This document shows, one piece after another, positions 1-12,116 of a stretch of 41,067 nt of DNA. Source of the stretch: Octopus bimaculoides. Lineage: Eukaryota. The stretch covers positions 101,777,854-101,818,920 of the forward strand of contig NC_068983.1 in the NCBI RefSeq assembly GCF_001194135.2, in the 5' to 3' direction. A program made the position numbers and the translations under genes. The notes beneath the pieces were generated by a model. The model had not been told where the DNA came from. It did no database searches and saw only the letters and a list, made by a program, of their open reading frames with translations. Each line of letters starts with the position of its first letter. The first letter of the stretch is position 1.

Positions 1-322
1 ATATATATATATATATATATATATAAATTTAAATGTACATAGTTCAAATTTATAGAAAAACAAAGGCAAAGACAGGTGTAGGAACAACAAGCAAGTGTAT
101 TAGTTTGATGCTCAGGAAAAATAGAGAAGTCCTTTATATTTCAAGCTTACGCTCTTCCACAGAAAGGAATAAGAGGAAATAAATAGAGAGAGAATGAAGA
201 AAAAAAACAGCATGCTCAGTTTAGTGGTCAGTATTTATAGGTAGTCAGAGTATGTGACAGAGTACTTAAGATTAGACTAGTGCTTCATTATAGGTTAGCT
301 ACCGTCATCTCACCCTAACCCT

Positions 323-678
323 ATGCTACCGGATGGGCTGAAAGACCAATTCTACGTCACCCTCTTGCAAATTACCTCGTTGACGAATAACAGGGACCTT
401 CTCTTTGTGGCTGGTGATTTCAATGTTCATGTTGGATGTCATGCAGGGGGCTTCCATGGCATTCATGGAGGCTATGGCTTCGGTTCCCGCAATGAGGAGG
501 GAACCAGACTGCTGGAGTTCTGTGATGCTAACGATCTTATGGTTTGCAATACCAACTTCAGGAAACCTGCCTAACACCTAGTCACCTACCATCCCGGCAG
601 ACACTCTAGCCAAATAGACTATATCCTCGCCAGAAATAGGGAAAGAGAGCGGCTTATAAATGCCAAAACCTTCCCAAT
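323..678 (+). mobile_element. RTE-clade LINE, AP-endonuclease fragment (family A), pseudogenised
   Basis: Translation has LFVAGDFNVHVG..GYGFGSRNEEGTRLLEFCDANDLMVCNTNFRKPA, then after a stop HLVTYHPGRHSSQIDYILAR..LINAKTFP. These match the GDFN, NT.F and IDY motifs of the APE domain. Confidence 0.9.
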
Positions 679-725
679 ATAAATATTGATGTATGTATAT
701 GCGTTTGTCTATTTATGTATATTTA

Positions 726-760
<35 letters not shown>

Positions 761-762
761 CA

Positions 763-2052
763 TCATCATCGTTTAATGTTCACTTTCCATGCTAGCATGG
801 GTTGGACAATTTGATTGAGGACTGGTGAACCGGATGGCTGCACCATACTCCAATCTGATCTGGCAGAGTTTCTACAGCTGGATGCCCTTCCTAACGTCAG
901 TCACTCCGAGAGTGTAGTGGGTGCTTTTATGTGCCACCAGCACAAGGGCCAGTCACGCGGTACTGGCAATGGCCACGCTCAAAATGGTGTTTTTACGTGC
1001 CACCTGCACAGGAGCCAGTTCAGTGGCACTGACAATGACCTCATTTGAATTATTTTCTAACGTGTCACCAGCCCAAGTACCAGTAAGGCAACGCTGGTAA
1101 CGATCATGCTCAAATGGTGCTATTTACGTGTCGCTAGCACGGAAGCCAGACAGCTGCTCTGGCAATGTCACGCTCAGACGGTGCTGTTAGTGCTCCACTG
1201 GCACAGGTGCCGATCATCGAATATAGTTCAATTACGATTTCAATTTCACTTGTTCCAACAGGTCTTCGCAAGCAGAGTTTAATGTCCAATGAAGTAAGAT
1301 ACAAATAAGTGAGCTAGCTACACGTCTGGCAGAGGCCACAGATTATGCTCTCACTTGGCTTGCCGGGTCTTCTCACGTACTGCATATTTCCAAAGGTCCC
1401 GATCACTAGTCATTGCCTCGGTGAAGCCTAAAGTTCGAAGATCATGCTTCACCACCTCATCCTAGGTCTTCCTAGGTCTACCTCTTCCACAGGTTCCCTC
1501 AACCGCTAGGGTGTGGCACTTTTTCAAACAGCTATCCTCATCCATTCTTGCCACATGACCATACCAGCGCAATCATCTCTCTTGCACACCNNNNNNNNNN
1601 GCACTTTTTCAAACAGCTATCCTCATCCATTCTTGCCACATGACCATACCAGCGCAATCATCTCTCTTGCACACCACAATTGATGCTTCTTAGGTCTAAC
1701 ATTTCTCTCAAGGTACTTACACTCTGTCAAGTATGCACACTGACATTACAAATCCATTGGCGCATACTGGCTTAGTTTCTTGCGAGCTTACGCATGTCCT
1801 AAGCAGTTACAGCCCATGTTTCACTGCCATGTAGCATGGTGGTTCGTACACATGCGTCATACAGTCTGCCTTTTACTCTGAGTAAGAGACCCTTTGTCAC
1901 CAGCAGAGGTAAGAGCTCTCTGAACTTTGTCCAGGCTATTCTTATTCTAGCAGCTGCGCTTTCAGTGCACCCTCCCCTGCTACTAACTTGGTCACCTAGA
2001 TAGCGGAAGCTATCAACTACTTTTAGTTTTTCTCCCTGGAATGTGGCAAAGG

Positions 2053-2053
<1 letters not shown>
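763..2053 (-). mobile_element. 5'-truncated RTE-clade LINE (family A): post-RT C-terminus, 3'UTR subrepeats and (ATG)n tail
   Basis: Minus strand reads QGEKLKVVDSFRYLGDQVSSRGGC..RIRIAWTKFRELLPLLVTKGL..RVKGRLYDACVRTTMLHGSETWAVT, then LRWYGHVARM..GRGRPRK. The 3'UTR ends in CCCATGCTAGCATGGAAAGTGAACATTAAACGATGATGATG. Confidence 0.92.
1516..1675. other. 75-bp exact duplication across a 10-N gap (assembly artefact)
   Basis: 1516-1590 is identical to 1601-1675, separated only by N10. Confidence 0.9.

Positions 2054-2054
<1 letters not shown>

Positions 2055-2098
<44 letters not shown>
2055..2098. repeat. (TA)n microsatellite
   Basis: Pure TA run directly at the 5' truncation point of the LINE. Confidence 0.95.
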
Positions 2099-2102
<4 letters not shown>

Positions 2103-2884
2103 GTGTGTATATGTATATTTGTGTGTATGTATCTATATTTACACACAGATGTAGATACATGTATGTACATATATTTTTGTAAGTATATGTGTTGCTGTAT
2201 ATATGTTTGTACATTTCTGTATGTTTATATAGAAGAACTAATACTGCTGTTTATCGCAGGAAAAGAAAATGTTCTAGCTATATATTTTCAAGTTAATAAG
2301 CTGAGTCATTTCCTTAGGGTCACAGGATCTCATTTTATTACCTTCTTTTTCCTCTCTCGATGAAAGGTGTTGTGGTTCTGCTGGCAATCAGATTTTTATC
2401 AGTTTCCTTATGCCAACGGTACTGTCACTACTGGCAGTTGATGTGTACATGCAAAGGTGATATCTATAATAAGTTTATTGCATTTAATTTTGTTAAGTTC
2501 ATAATTTCCTTTTTATTAGTATTTATTTTTCTGGTGGGCATAGTGTCTTTGTGGCTTGTCTCTGTGAGATTGGAGGAACCCAGTGAGTTTGTTAGAAGCA
2601 TCAGGTTCATAGACTCATTGAAAGGAAGTTGCCCTTATTGTAGTGACTGTCCTGTGTTTACTTTGTATATAGTTTTTGTCTTAATGAATTATTGGGTGCT
2701 GTTAATATAATATAGATGCATAGAGAAATTGATTAAAATTATGAATTTGTTTTCTTTCAGCTATGAAATCCGTATTGCTGTAGGAAAACTGAATTGTTGA
2801 AGATGGTGGGTCATAATTTGTTTCATATGTTTTGCCCAGGAAATTTATATTCAGTGATACGAAATATATATATGTGAGTGTACA

Positions 2885-3968
2885 TACATTGGGATCTTCT
2901 CTCTCCTTCTGAGACACGCTTTCGGCACAGCAAAAGAAGGAATCTATATGCAGACCAGATCAGATGGCAGGCTCTTCAAGCTCGCCTACCTAAAAGTGAG
3001 GACAAAAGTCTGTGAAGCTGTCATCAGTGACATTCTATTTGCTGACAATGCTGCAGTTACGACCCACTCCCAACGGGAGCTGCAGCTGCTAATGGACCGC
3101 TTCTCCCAGGCCTGCAAGGGCTTTGGGTTGACCATCAGCCTGAAGAAGACAAACGTCCTGGCACAATGCACACCAGCACAACCAGCCATCACCATCGATG
3201 ACTATGAACTTGAAATTGTTCATCAATTCACCTACCTTGGGTCCACCATCACTGACAACCTCTCTCTCGAAGCCGAGATTGAGAAGGCAGCTACTACGCT
3301 CGTGCGCCTCACATCAAGAGTGTAGACAAACCCAAAGTTGACAGTGAAAACAAAGATGGCTGTGTACAATGCCTGTGTCCTCAGCACCCTCTTGTATGGC
3401 AGCGAGACATGGACCACATACGCCTGCCAGGAAAAAAAGCTGGCAGGACAAGGTGACCAACACCGATGTCCTGACTCGTACTGGCCTCCCTTCCATGTTC
3501 ACCATGCTGAGATAACGTTGACTGCTGGCTAGGCCACGTTCACCATATAGAGGACGGCTGAATCCCAAAGGACATTCTCTACGGAGAACTTGCAGCAGGA
3601 CAGAGAAACAAGGGCCGCCCACAGCTGAGGTACAAGGATGTGTGCAGGAGGGACATGAAGGCACTGAACATTGACACCAACTCCTGGGAGGGCTTGGCAG
3701 CAGACCGCACCAAGTGGAAAAGCACACTTCTCAAACAGCTGCGGATCGGTGAAGAGAAGCTGTCAGCTGCAGAAAAGCGAGCCCGACATAAGGGATCGAC
3801 AGCTGACAGACCAGAATCTACACACACATGCAATCTATGTGACTGAGACTGTCATTCTCGCATTGGTCTACATAGCCACAGGAGGTGCTGCTCAAACCGA
3901 GCGGCCCAGCCTAGACAATAAATGGACGAACATGGTACCCATGGTCAGCCATGACCGAAGGTGGCCTA
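2885..3968 (+). mobile_element. 5'-truncated RTE-clade LINE (family B): RT C-terminal part and C-terminal Cys/His motif, pseudogenised
   Basis: GIFSLLLRHAF..EGIYMQTRSDGRLF..ILFADNAA (FADD motif)..GLTISLKKTNV..FTYLGSTI..TKMAVYNACVLSTLLYGSETW; WQDKVTN..WLGHV..IPKDILYGEL..RPQLRYKD; ends HTCNLCD*DCHSRIGLHSHRRC, then a short UTR and a (TA)n tail. Confidence 0.93.
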
Positions 3969-3981
3969 TATATATATATAG

Positions 3982-4020
<39 letters not shown>
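3967..4020. repeat. (TA)n tract between two tail-to-tail retroelements
   Basis: TA-rich run joining the family B tail and a minus-strand family A tail. Confidence 0.9.
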
Positions 4021-4023
<3 letters not shown>

Positions 4024-4128
4024 TCATCATCATCGCTTAACGTCTGCTTTCCATGCTAGCATGGGTTGCACGATTTGACTGAGGACTGGTGAACCAGATG
4101 GCTACACCAGGCTCCAATCTGATTTGGC
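4020..4128 (-). mobile_element. Family A LINE/SINE 3' tail, cut by gap
   Basis: CATCATCATCATCGCTTAACGTCTGCTTTCCATGCTAGCATGGGTTG..GAGGACTGGTGAACCAGATGG is near-identical to 767-860. Confidence 0.88.
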
Positions 4129-4676
4129 NNNNNNNNNNNNNNNNNNNNNNNNNNNNNNNNNNNNNNNNNNNNNNNNNNNNNNNNNNNNNNNNNNNNNNNN
4201 NNNNNNNNNNNNNNNNNNNNNNNNNNNNNNNNNNNNNNNNNNNNNNNNNNNNNNNNNNNNNNNNNNNNNNNNNNNNNNNNNNNNNNNNNNNNNNNNNNNN
4301 NNNNNNNNNNNNNNNNNNNNNNNNNNNNNNNNNNNNNNNNNNNNNNNNNNNNNNNNNNNNNNNNNNNNNNNNNNNNNNNNNNNNNNNNNNNNNNNNNNNN
4401 NNNNNNNNNNNNNNNNNNNNNNNNNNNNNNNNNNNNNNNNNNNNNNNNNNNNNNNNNNNNNNNNNNNNNNNNNNNNNNNNNNNNNNNNNNNNNNNNNNNN
4501 NNNNNNNNNNNNNNNNNNNNNNNNNNNNTATATATATATACTGATTTGCATAAGCTTGACTGTGAGGTTAAGTGATTTGCTTTTTCTTATCACATGGCTT
4601 TGAGTTTATTCCCATTGTGTTTATCTTGGGATAGTCTACTATAGCATGGCCTAGAGCTGACCAAAGTCATGTGAGT

Positions 4677-4731
<55 letters not shown>

Positions 4732-4765
4732 TAATTACACACACATTTGCATACATATATGTAAG

Positions 4766-5086
4766 TGAAGGTGTATGGCTTAGTGGTCAGGGTATTCGGC
4801 TCACAGTTGTAAAGTTGTGAACTCAATTCCCAATGATACATTACATCTTTGAGCAAGACGCTTTGTTTCATGCTGCTCCAATCTACTCAGCTTGTAAAAA
4901 TGAGTTGTACCTGTATTTCAAAGGGCCAGCCTTGTCTCATCCTATGTTGCACTGAATTTCACTGAGAACTATGTTAAGGATACATATGTTTGTGGAATGC
5001 TCAGCCGGTTGCACATTAATTTCATGAGCAGACTTCCTATGATTGGCTGAAATACTTGTTGTCATAACTGATGGAGTACCAGTTAT
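4766..5086 (+). mobile_element. tRNA-derived SINE, near full length
   Basis: A-box-like TGGCTTAGTGGTCAG, degenerate B-box (GAACTCAATTCC) and central TTGAGCAAGAC..GCTCCA..ACTCAGCT..AAATGAG block. Colinear with the minus-strand copy at 39765-40090. Confidence 0.85.
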
Positions 5087-5659
5087 ACACATGTAAATAT
5101 ATTTATCCCTACTTTAAAATGGATGTTGTGTTAAAACACAGAAAACTGCTGTAGTTACTAAGAGAATCTCTCATATTGGCCTTTGGTGCATACAAGCACT
5201 CTAGTTTACACCGCTAGCAATGTAAGCAAGTGTATATACGCATTAAAAGCTAATATAAAAGTTTCTCTAATGGTAACTACTGCAGTATTCCATGTTCTAA
5301 TACAGCATCCACTTTTATGTGGGGATAAATATTACCCTTTGGTAATGTTGAAGTATGTAGTTAATCCCTGCTAGGTTGACTTTGCTGCTCAGTGTCGATG
5401 ATATAAGCACCATTGAAATATTTTCACAAATCAATTCAACACAGTCATCCTCCAAAATGTGTGGTCTTGTACCATAGTTAAAAATCTTAATTGTATGATC
5501 CATTTCATCGAGATGATTAATGGATAAACCACTGGATCCAAACATCAACTAAATGTTAAACTGCTGTTTTTTTTATGATGAGGGATGAAGAAAAACAACA
5601 TCGGTGTTATCAGTCTTATTTTATTTTTGTGTAGTCTTATAAAAAATAGAGTTGTAGAT

Positions 5660-5934
5660 CAGGGGTTTTCAAACTTTTTGACTTGTGGACCCCTTTATAT
5701 TTCAGGCTTTACCTTAGGGACCCCCTTATAAACGCTTATGAAATTTATACATAAATATTTGCTTAAAATAACATATTTTTACATTTATTTATTTAACAGT
5801 ATTTAACAAATAGGTTTATTATCAATTAAAAGCTTTTGATTAAAAAACATATATAAAATCAAATTGCCCATAAAAAGTATTTGCTGTCTCCGGACCCCCT
5901 GTCTTGTCCTTGCGGACAAGTTTGAAAACTCCTG
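5660..5934. mobile_element. hAT (Charlie-like) MITE, 275 bp, with 8-bp TSD
   Basis: TIRs CAGGGGTTTTCAAACT / AGTTTGAAAACTCCTG (15/16), flanked by a perfect TTGTAGAT repeat at 5652-5659 and 5935-5942. Confidence 0.92.
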
Positions 5935-6219
5935 TTGTAGATAATGACTGTGAAATAGTTAATTGAATAGGATTAGTATTTGTTGACTTAAAATGGATAT
6001 GTTAGTGATTTATAGTAAATGAAGAAGGATAACTGCTTACAGTGTTACTTATAACTATATTGGTCAGCTGTGGTATGTGTGAATGTGATAGCTAACTCCT
6101 CACCTTTCTTCACCCTCTTATTTAGTTTTCTGTCTTCAGTTTCCCACTTCCTTTCTGTCTAGCCTCATACTATTGGGTTATTATGTTGCTTTGAAAGATC
6201 TGTACTTATACAGAAATGA

Positions 6220-6305
6220 ACACACACACACACACACACACACACTACACACATTACACACATACACACACACACACACACACTACACACATGTACACGC
6301 GCACG

Positions 6306-6346
<41 letters not shown>
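6220..6346. repeat. Imperfect (CA)n microsatellite
   Basis: CA run with interruptions. Confidence 0.95.
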
Positions 6347-6348
<2 letters not shown>

Positions 6349-8327
6349 CTATTTTCTTGTAATTTATATTTTTTGACTCTTAAAAGTAATTTCCTTCTTG
6401 ATTGGGCTGTAATGATTTCAATCAGTTTATATGCTGTGATACTTTAGGAGCATATAATAGAAAAAAACTCACAAATAGCTACATTCAGACAGCAGATTCT
6501 ATTGCTGCTGCATATACTGTTATTCTCCTGACGAGCTGTCATTTTAAATTGGTGACCTCCTCCTTTGACAAGTAAGAACCAATGTCTTTACAGTTCTTTG
6601 TAGTTTAAGGATGGGGGAGACACAGCATGCTTTTATTAGTCCAGCCCACCTGGCATTTGCTGCTAACACTACAACTGTTGTTACAAGTGTTTATTTTGTT
6701 GCTTTTCCTTCTATTACTTCTATTACTGATACCACCACACTAAGATGGCTTTTTATCAGAAAGGCTAAGTGTGCATATACACACACTTATTTCATGCACT
6801 GTTTAACAGGAGTAAATGGTGCTTTCCCTTTTGTGCTATTTCCTGACTAGATACTTGAATATGAACACCCTAAATGGAGACTTTGTGGACTTCAGGACAC
6901 ACCCCTTTGATGCAAGCATATATGGGATAGCTGATGGGCAAGATAAAAGATAGGCTAGCAAATGTTATTGAATAACATTGCACTACTGTTAGCTCTCTCA
7001 ACATGAACACAAGTGTTCTTTTATTCTTTATATTTGATCTGATTTGTGATTACTATCAACATTCCTCGTTTAAAATCGAACCTCTCATCAATGGAGATAG
7101 TGCGAGTTTATCAGTTAAAGTCCTTCTTCGGACAATATGTGAGCAGTTTAAGTACTTGCAAGTATGTATCACTCCTCAGTATTTACTATTTCAGTGCCAT
7201 TCTTAACTCTGAATTACTTATGTCCATTCTAATAAGTAACTGTAACACGATTGAAATATTACTGATTTCTAATTTGACCTTGTTGTAATTACTATACAAT
7301 ACAGCTTTTAATTAGTTGCATCTTTCTCTGTTGACAAAATCCTAATTTGTCAGAACAGGTTCATAAATGTGTGACCCTCACTCTTGATTTCATAAATTGT
7401 TCTTATGTAATTGTTCATTGTTTCTTATATTCTTCTTTACATAATTTTACATTTAAAAGTATGAGGGATGTGTATTTATGCATTTATGTATGAATTTAAT
7501 TTATATCAGTTGAAACAAGCATTTTGATGAGGTCTGTCATTATAAAAACAATGTCAGTCACCGGTAAATACTTCAGTTAGCTTTGACAATAACAAATTGT
7601 ATACATGTGTTAGTAATAAAATAACACTTCATAGCTTGTTTATCAAGTAATTGACTCATGTCCCACTCAATATTGTTTTAATTTTATATACATTTATTGC
7701 TGACTGGAGTATTTCTCCCACAGCATTCAAGAGTAAGAGGGAGAAAAAGAGAAAGAAATGAATTTAAAGTAGTCTTATTGTGTATTGTCATTTCAAATCA
7801 TGTTACATAAAGAAAGATTTCATTTTTCAATTTGTTCTTAATGCTTTTTTTTGTTGTAATCACTTCTTCCTATTATTTTTATCAGTCTTTCAAAATACAA
7901 TTTCAACTCAAACTATATCTTTGGTGATATTTTAATTATACAGGGTGTCTACAAGGTCTGGGTACATGGGGTAAATAAAATCATAACATAAACAATTAAA
8001 TATAAGAAATAATAATTTCTTAAAGTATATGTTAATCCCCATGTACCCAGACATTGTGGACATCCTGTATAATTTGGTCGCATTTACTAAAAGCAAATTA
8101 TCAGTTTTCTTCTACACATTCTTTTTTCCAAACAATCACCTGTATATATGTATGTATGTGTGTGTTGTGTGCATATATATATATATAAATTTATACACAT
8201 TTGTGTGTATGTATTAGCTGATTACCAATTATTACTCTATATTAAATGTGATGTAGTAAATAGATGAAGTGGGCAATGTCATTTGTTAATATAGAAATCC
8301 TAATTAGACAAAACTTTATTTCAGAGG

Positions 8328-8371
<44 letters not shown>

Positions 8372-8626
8372 CTTACATCCAAATATGTATGTATAAAAAT
8401 TACATTCATTAAAAAAAGAAGCCACAATCTCAATAAATATATATATAATTAAACCTTTAGAAAAAATCAAATTAGGAATTAAGCTAATAGTATATATATA
8501 AATATTACTAATAAACTCCCAACGTAAACCAAAGACAGTATATAAATATACCAAGAATAAATAAAAGAAGAAATTATTACCTGTGAGGGTGTATGCACAC
8601 ACACACTTAAACACATTTCATAAAAT

Positions 8627-8817
8627 CAAAACAATGCAAGTCATAAGGAATAATACAAGTTGATAGTTTGTACTTTTACATTCAATGTTTCTGGATTAGG
8701 ATCCCTTCTCCACAACACCTTTTCCAGAAGAAGGAGTCCTAATCTTGAAATATTAAAATACAAAATAAAAGTACAAACTCTCAACTTGTATTATTTCTCA
8801 TGACTTGCATTGTTTTG
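8627..8817. repeat. 191-bp fold-back element, probably derived from a Penelope-like terminal repeat
   Basis: Outer arms 8627-8678 / 8766-8817 match 49/52; inner arms 8684-8709 / 8729-8754 match 21/26; 19-nt loop. The palindrome is seen directly; the Penelope origin is inferred. Confidence 0.75.
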
Positions 8818-8849
8818 GCTCTTTTAGCTTAGAAAACATTTATGTATAT

Positions 8850-8957
8850 TACTAGGCTTACAAAGAATAAGTCCTGGGGTTGATTTGTTTGACTAAAGAC
8901 AGTGCTCCAGCATGGCCGTAGTCAAATGTCTGAAACAAGTAAAAGAATAAAGGAATA
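8850..8957 (+). mobile_element. SINE 3' end fragment
   Basis: TACTAGGCTTACAAAGAATAAGTCCTGGGG..GACTAAAG..GCTCCAGCATGGCC..GAAACAAGTAAAAGA; homologous to 14568-14750, 28878-29080 and 32975-33475. Confidence 0.8.
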
Positions 8958-9005
8958 TCAGACAGTACTTCATGCAAACTACACACATGCACTCATGCAC
9001 AAACA

Positions 9006-9006
<1 letters not shown>

Positions 9007-9080
<74 letters not shown>
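9007..9080. repeat. (CA)n microsatellite
   Basis: Long pure CA run. Confidence 0.95.
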
Positions 9081-9083
<3 letters not shown>

Positions 9084-9220
9084 TACTCTCACACGCACAC
9101 ATACATACATACATACATACATACATAGTGATACTGTTGATTGACGTTAGTGTGAAGGTTTTGTACTTTTGGCTCATGTTCTGTTAGCATCTAAGTTATC
9201 CTTTACAGAATCTCTAACAG

Positions 9221-9760
9221 TGTAATAAAGTCCTGCCTAGTCTTGCTGATGCACTAAAACAACAATGTAGCAGCATCCATGCAAGGAGAATGGCTACAAA
9301 GTTTCACACTTTGTGAGGAAAAGATAGTGCAGGAGCATAAATAAAAGGAAGCCAACACCTAGACTTCTACATGGAGTGAATGAGCAGAAGATGCAGGTAA
9401 ACTTGAAGAAAGTACTTGTATTCTCAATAACAAGACATCACTCTAACCTATGACTTGATGTGACTTGAGAAGAAAAAAATTGTTCTTATTGAGTTGGCAG
9501 CATCTTGGGGAGGTAATAATGGAGTGAGAACATGAAAAGAAAGCTCTAAAACGTGAAGAACTTAATGAATTGTGTGAGGCATGAGGATGGCAGTATGCAG
9601 TGTTTCATGTGGAGGTGGCATATATTGGGTTTGTAGTGAGATTCGGTATGTTCTATCTAACTTGTATGGACCTAGGAAAGAAAGTAACGTAGTGATTTAT
9701 GAGCTTTAGAGGGAAGCAGAAAATGCTTTATCATGGATATAGCTGATGCATGAGAGAGAA
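9221..9760 (+). mobile_element. Degenerate RLE (restriction-like endonuclease) domain of an R2-group non-LTR retrotransposon, HERO-like
   Basis: Manual translation across frameshifts gives CNKVLPSLADAL..LLHGVNEQKMQVNLKKVLVF..L*LDV..KIVLIELAASWGGN..EHEKKALKREEL..LCEA*GW..VEVAYIGFV..EAENALSWI. This follows the HN.VL..LA / RPD / ELTVPWE / ERK..KY / GW / PVEVG.RGF / AE..S.W.W order of RLE domains. Confidence 0.7.
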
Positions 9761-11990
9761 AGACTAAAGCTGAGAGAGCAAAGAAATCCTCAGCAGAATA
9801 TAAAACAAAATATTTGCTGCATGTTTTAAGTGGTTACTGTGCCTAATTTGTAGTTGTGGACTGGATGATGGAAAGAAAAAAAAACATGTTGGAGCATAGG
9901 CTATAAGCACTCAGTATTCCCTGGTAGTATCAATCTCTGTGAAGAATACCAAAACTGTGGTTATCTCCAGTTGACAGCTGATGAAGTAAGTGTTCTGCAG
10001 AGCAAACTTTATGTAAAATATAAGGGATATATATTTATATAGAATTCAACATAATTCAGACTGTCTGAAACATGTATAAGGTAGATAAATCTACAGCAGT
10101 TTATTTGGAAATTTTATCTGGAAATTTAAGGTGATACAAAGACCTTGTATTTTTCTCTTAAGAAATCAAAAAATAATTGGGTATCTTCTTACAGATTTAT
10201 TTTGAGAAAATTGTCCCTTTTCAAAGCAAATGTACCATTATTCTTTGGTTGTTCAGAAGACTTTGAATCTAAATCACTATATATTATAGTAGCTTATCAA
10301 GATACAACACTAACAACCATCCTGATTTATATATGATGTCAGATGGCCACAGTAAACTAAATAATATATATTTATATAGAACACAGTTTAATTCAAAATA
10401 CTTGAAGCAATAATATAGATAATTCTACAGATGTTTATATGAAAAGTTTTTACTATGGAGTTGGAAATATATGAAGACATTCTATTGTTCTGTGAGGTGA
10501 ACAGAAAAATAATTAGGAATCTTCTTAGCGATCTGTTTTGGGATAATTGTCCTTCTTTAGAGAGGATAAACAACTATCATGTTCATATGTGTGTGTGAGT
10601 ATGCACATGCACACATACATGCATATGCATAAAATATATGTGACGTATATTTGCATTTATGTATATTCAGACATACACATGTATATATGTGTGTGTGTAT
10701 GTATGTATGTATATATTTCAGGTATTCTAAATTATGTGCAGCTATATATATAACTCAATGTAATTCAGAATACCTTGAAGTATGTTTAATGTTAATAAAT
10801 CTACAGTTTACAGTTATTTATTTGAAAATCTTAGGTGTGGAGATTGAGTTCATGGGAAGGACGGACACACACATGTGTGTGTGTGTGTGTGTGTGTGTAG
10901 GGAGAGAGGGAGAGTCATTAGATAAATTAACTTCACAATGTGGTTCAGTTTACTTATAGCGTGCATCACAAACAGCCAAATGACAACCATCTGCATAACA
11001 CGATTAGCTTTCTCCACTTGTTTATGCCTGCAATTATATTTTTTTCTTAAATCAAATTTGAATGCAGAAAATTTTATCAGTAACTTTTCCCAACAGATAA
11101 ACTTCTATAAATACTGGTTGTTCATAACGTTTAGAATTTACTGTTTGAGTGCCCATATGTGTAATCTACTATTCCATTAGGACATCTCTTCATTGAGAGA
11201 AATAATGAATTTTTCTGAGTTCCTCATTCATTCATTAATTTTCATAAGCTCAAATTTTGTTTTCAAATTGTATTGATATTGAATCATCTGTGTTAAATAC
11301 AACCCAGCTTAAGGTTAACACCAAGCCATTATCTGTAATAGATTTACTAATAAAAAAAAAACAACTTCTGTTTCACTATTGTGCTCATGGTAAATCTGAA
11401 AGCAACAAGTTGCTACCTCTTCTATAGTTTCACAGTTTTTCCAAGAAGGTAATTTCTATTTGTTGACCCTTTTCAAAGGAGAGATTATCTATTAAACTTT
11501 ACTACTTTCTGAGAAAAATGTCTGTTTGAAATGGTTCCCTTACCAACCCACTAAGGTATCCCACCTAATGACAACACATGTATCAAACAAAAATTATTTT
11601 TAGAAATTTCAACACTTAAAAACATTTTCCTAATTGACAGTTCTTTAAAGGTAATAATTGCTAACAATCCAAGAGGTGCAGCTTATGTTTAAATACTGCT
11701 GAGTTGCCAAAGCTTCCAGACAAAAACATTTACACTCACATTGGTGTTTTTCCTAATAAAAATCTCATGTCACCAATGGCCAAAGAGTATCTGGGAATTT
11801 GAGAAAAAAAAGTGCTATCAACTTGGAATAAACACAGCCAAGTATCTTTCTTCAAACATGGAACTTAAATTGTTGTCTTAAAGATTATAAAATAGTGTAC
11901 ACTCACACAAACTCTCTCAGACATACACTGACAGTTGCATGCAAAGATATGTAAATATATACATACATATATAGATGCATGCACACATAC

Positions 11991-12063
<73 letters not shown>

Positions 12064-12080
12064 TATATATATATATATGA
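11991..12080. repeat. (TA)n microsatellite
   Basis: Long TA run abutting a LINE tail. Confidence 0.95.
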
Positions 12081-12116
12081 TATACACACACACACACATG
12101 CACATGTCTTAATATA

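Noticed and set aside
1516-1675. Tandem duplication inside a LINE
   Set aside because: The copies are 100% identical across an N10 gap, which indicates an unmerged contig overlap.
323-2053. Twin-priming 5' inversion joining the + endonuclease piece and the - RT piece
   Set aside because: The + fragment lies beyond the 3' tail of the - element, not at its 5' end. Independent fragments fit better.
4766-4830. tRNA genes at SINE heads (also 14791, 19473, 40090)
   Set aside because: A/B boxes are present, but there is no complete cloverleaf and each continues into a SINE body.
5315-5548. Minus-strand 77-aa ORF as an exon of another gene
   Set aside because: No recognisable domain and no convincing donor site.
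9975-9990. Isolated CTGATGA hammerhead cores (also ~19113, ~20417, and CTGACGA ~6528)
   Set aside because: No stem II-GAAA-stem III follows, so these are expected chance matches.
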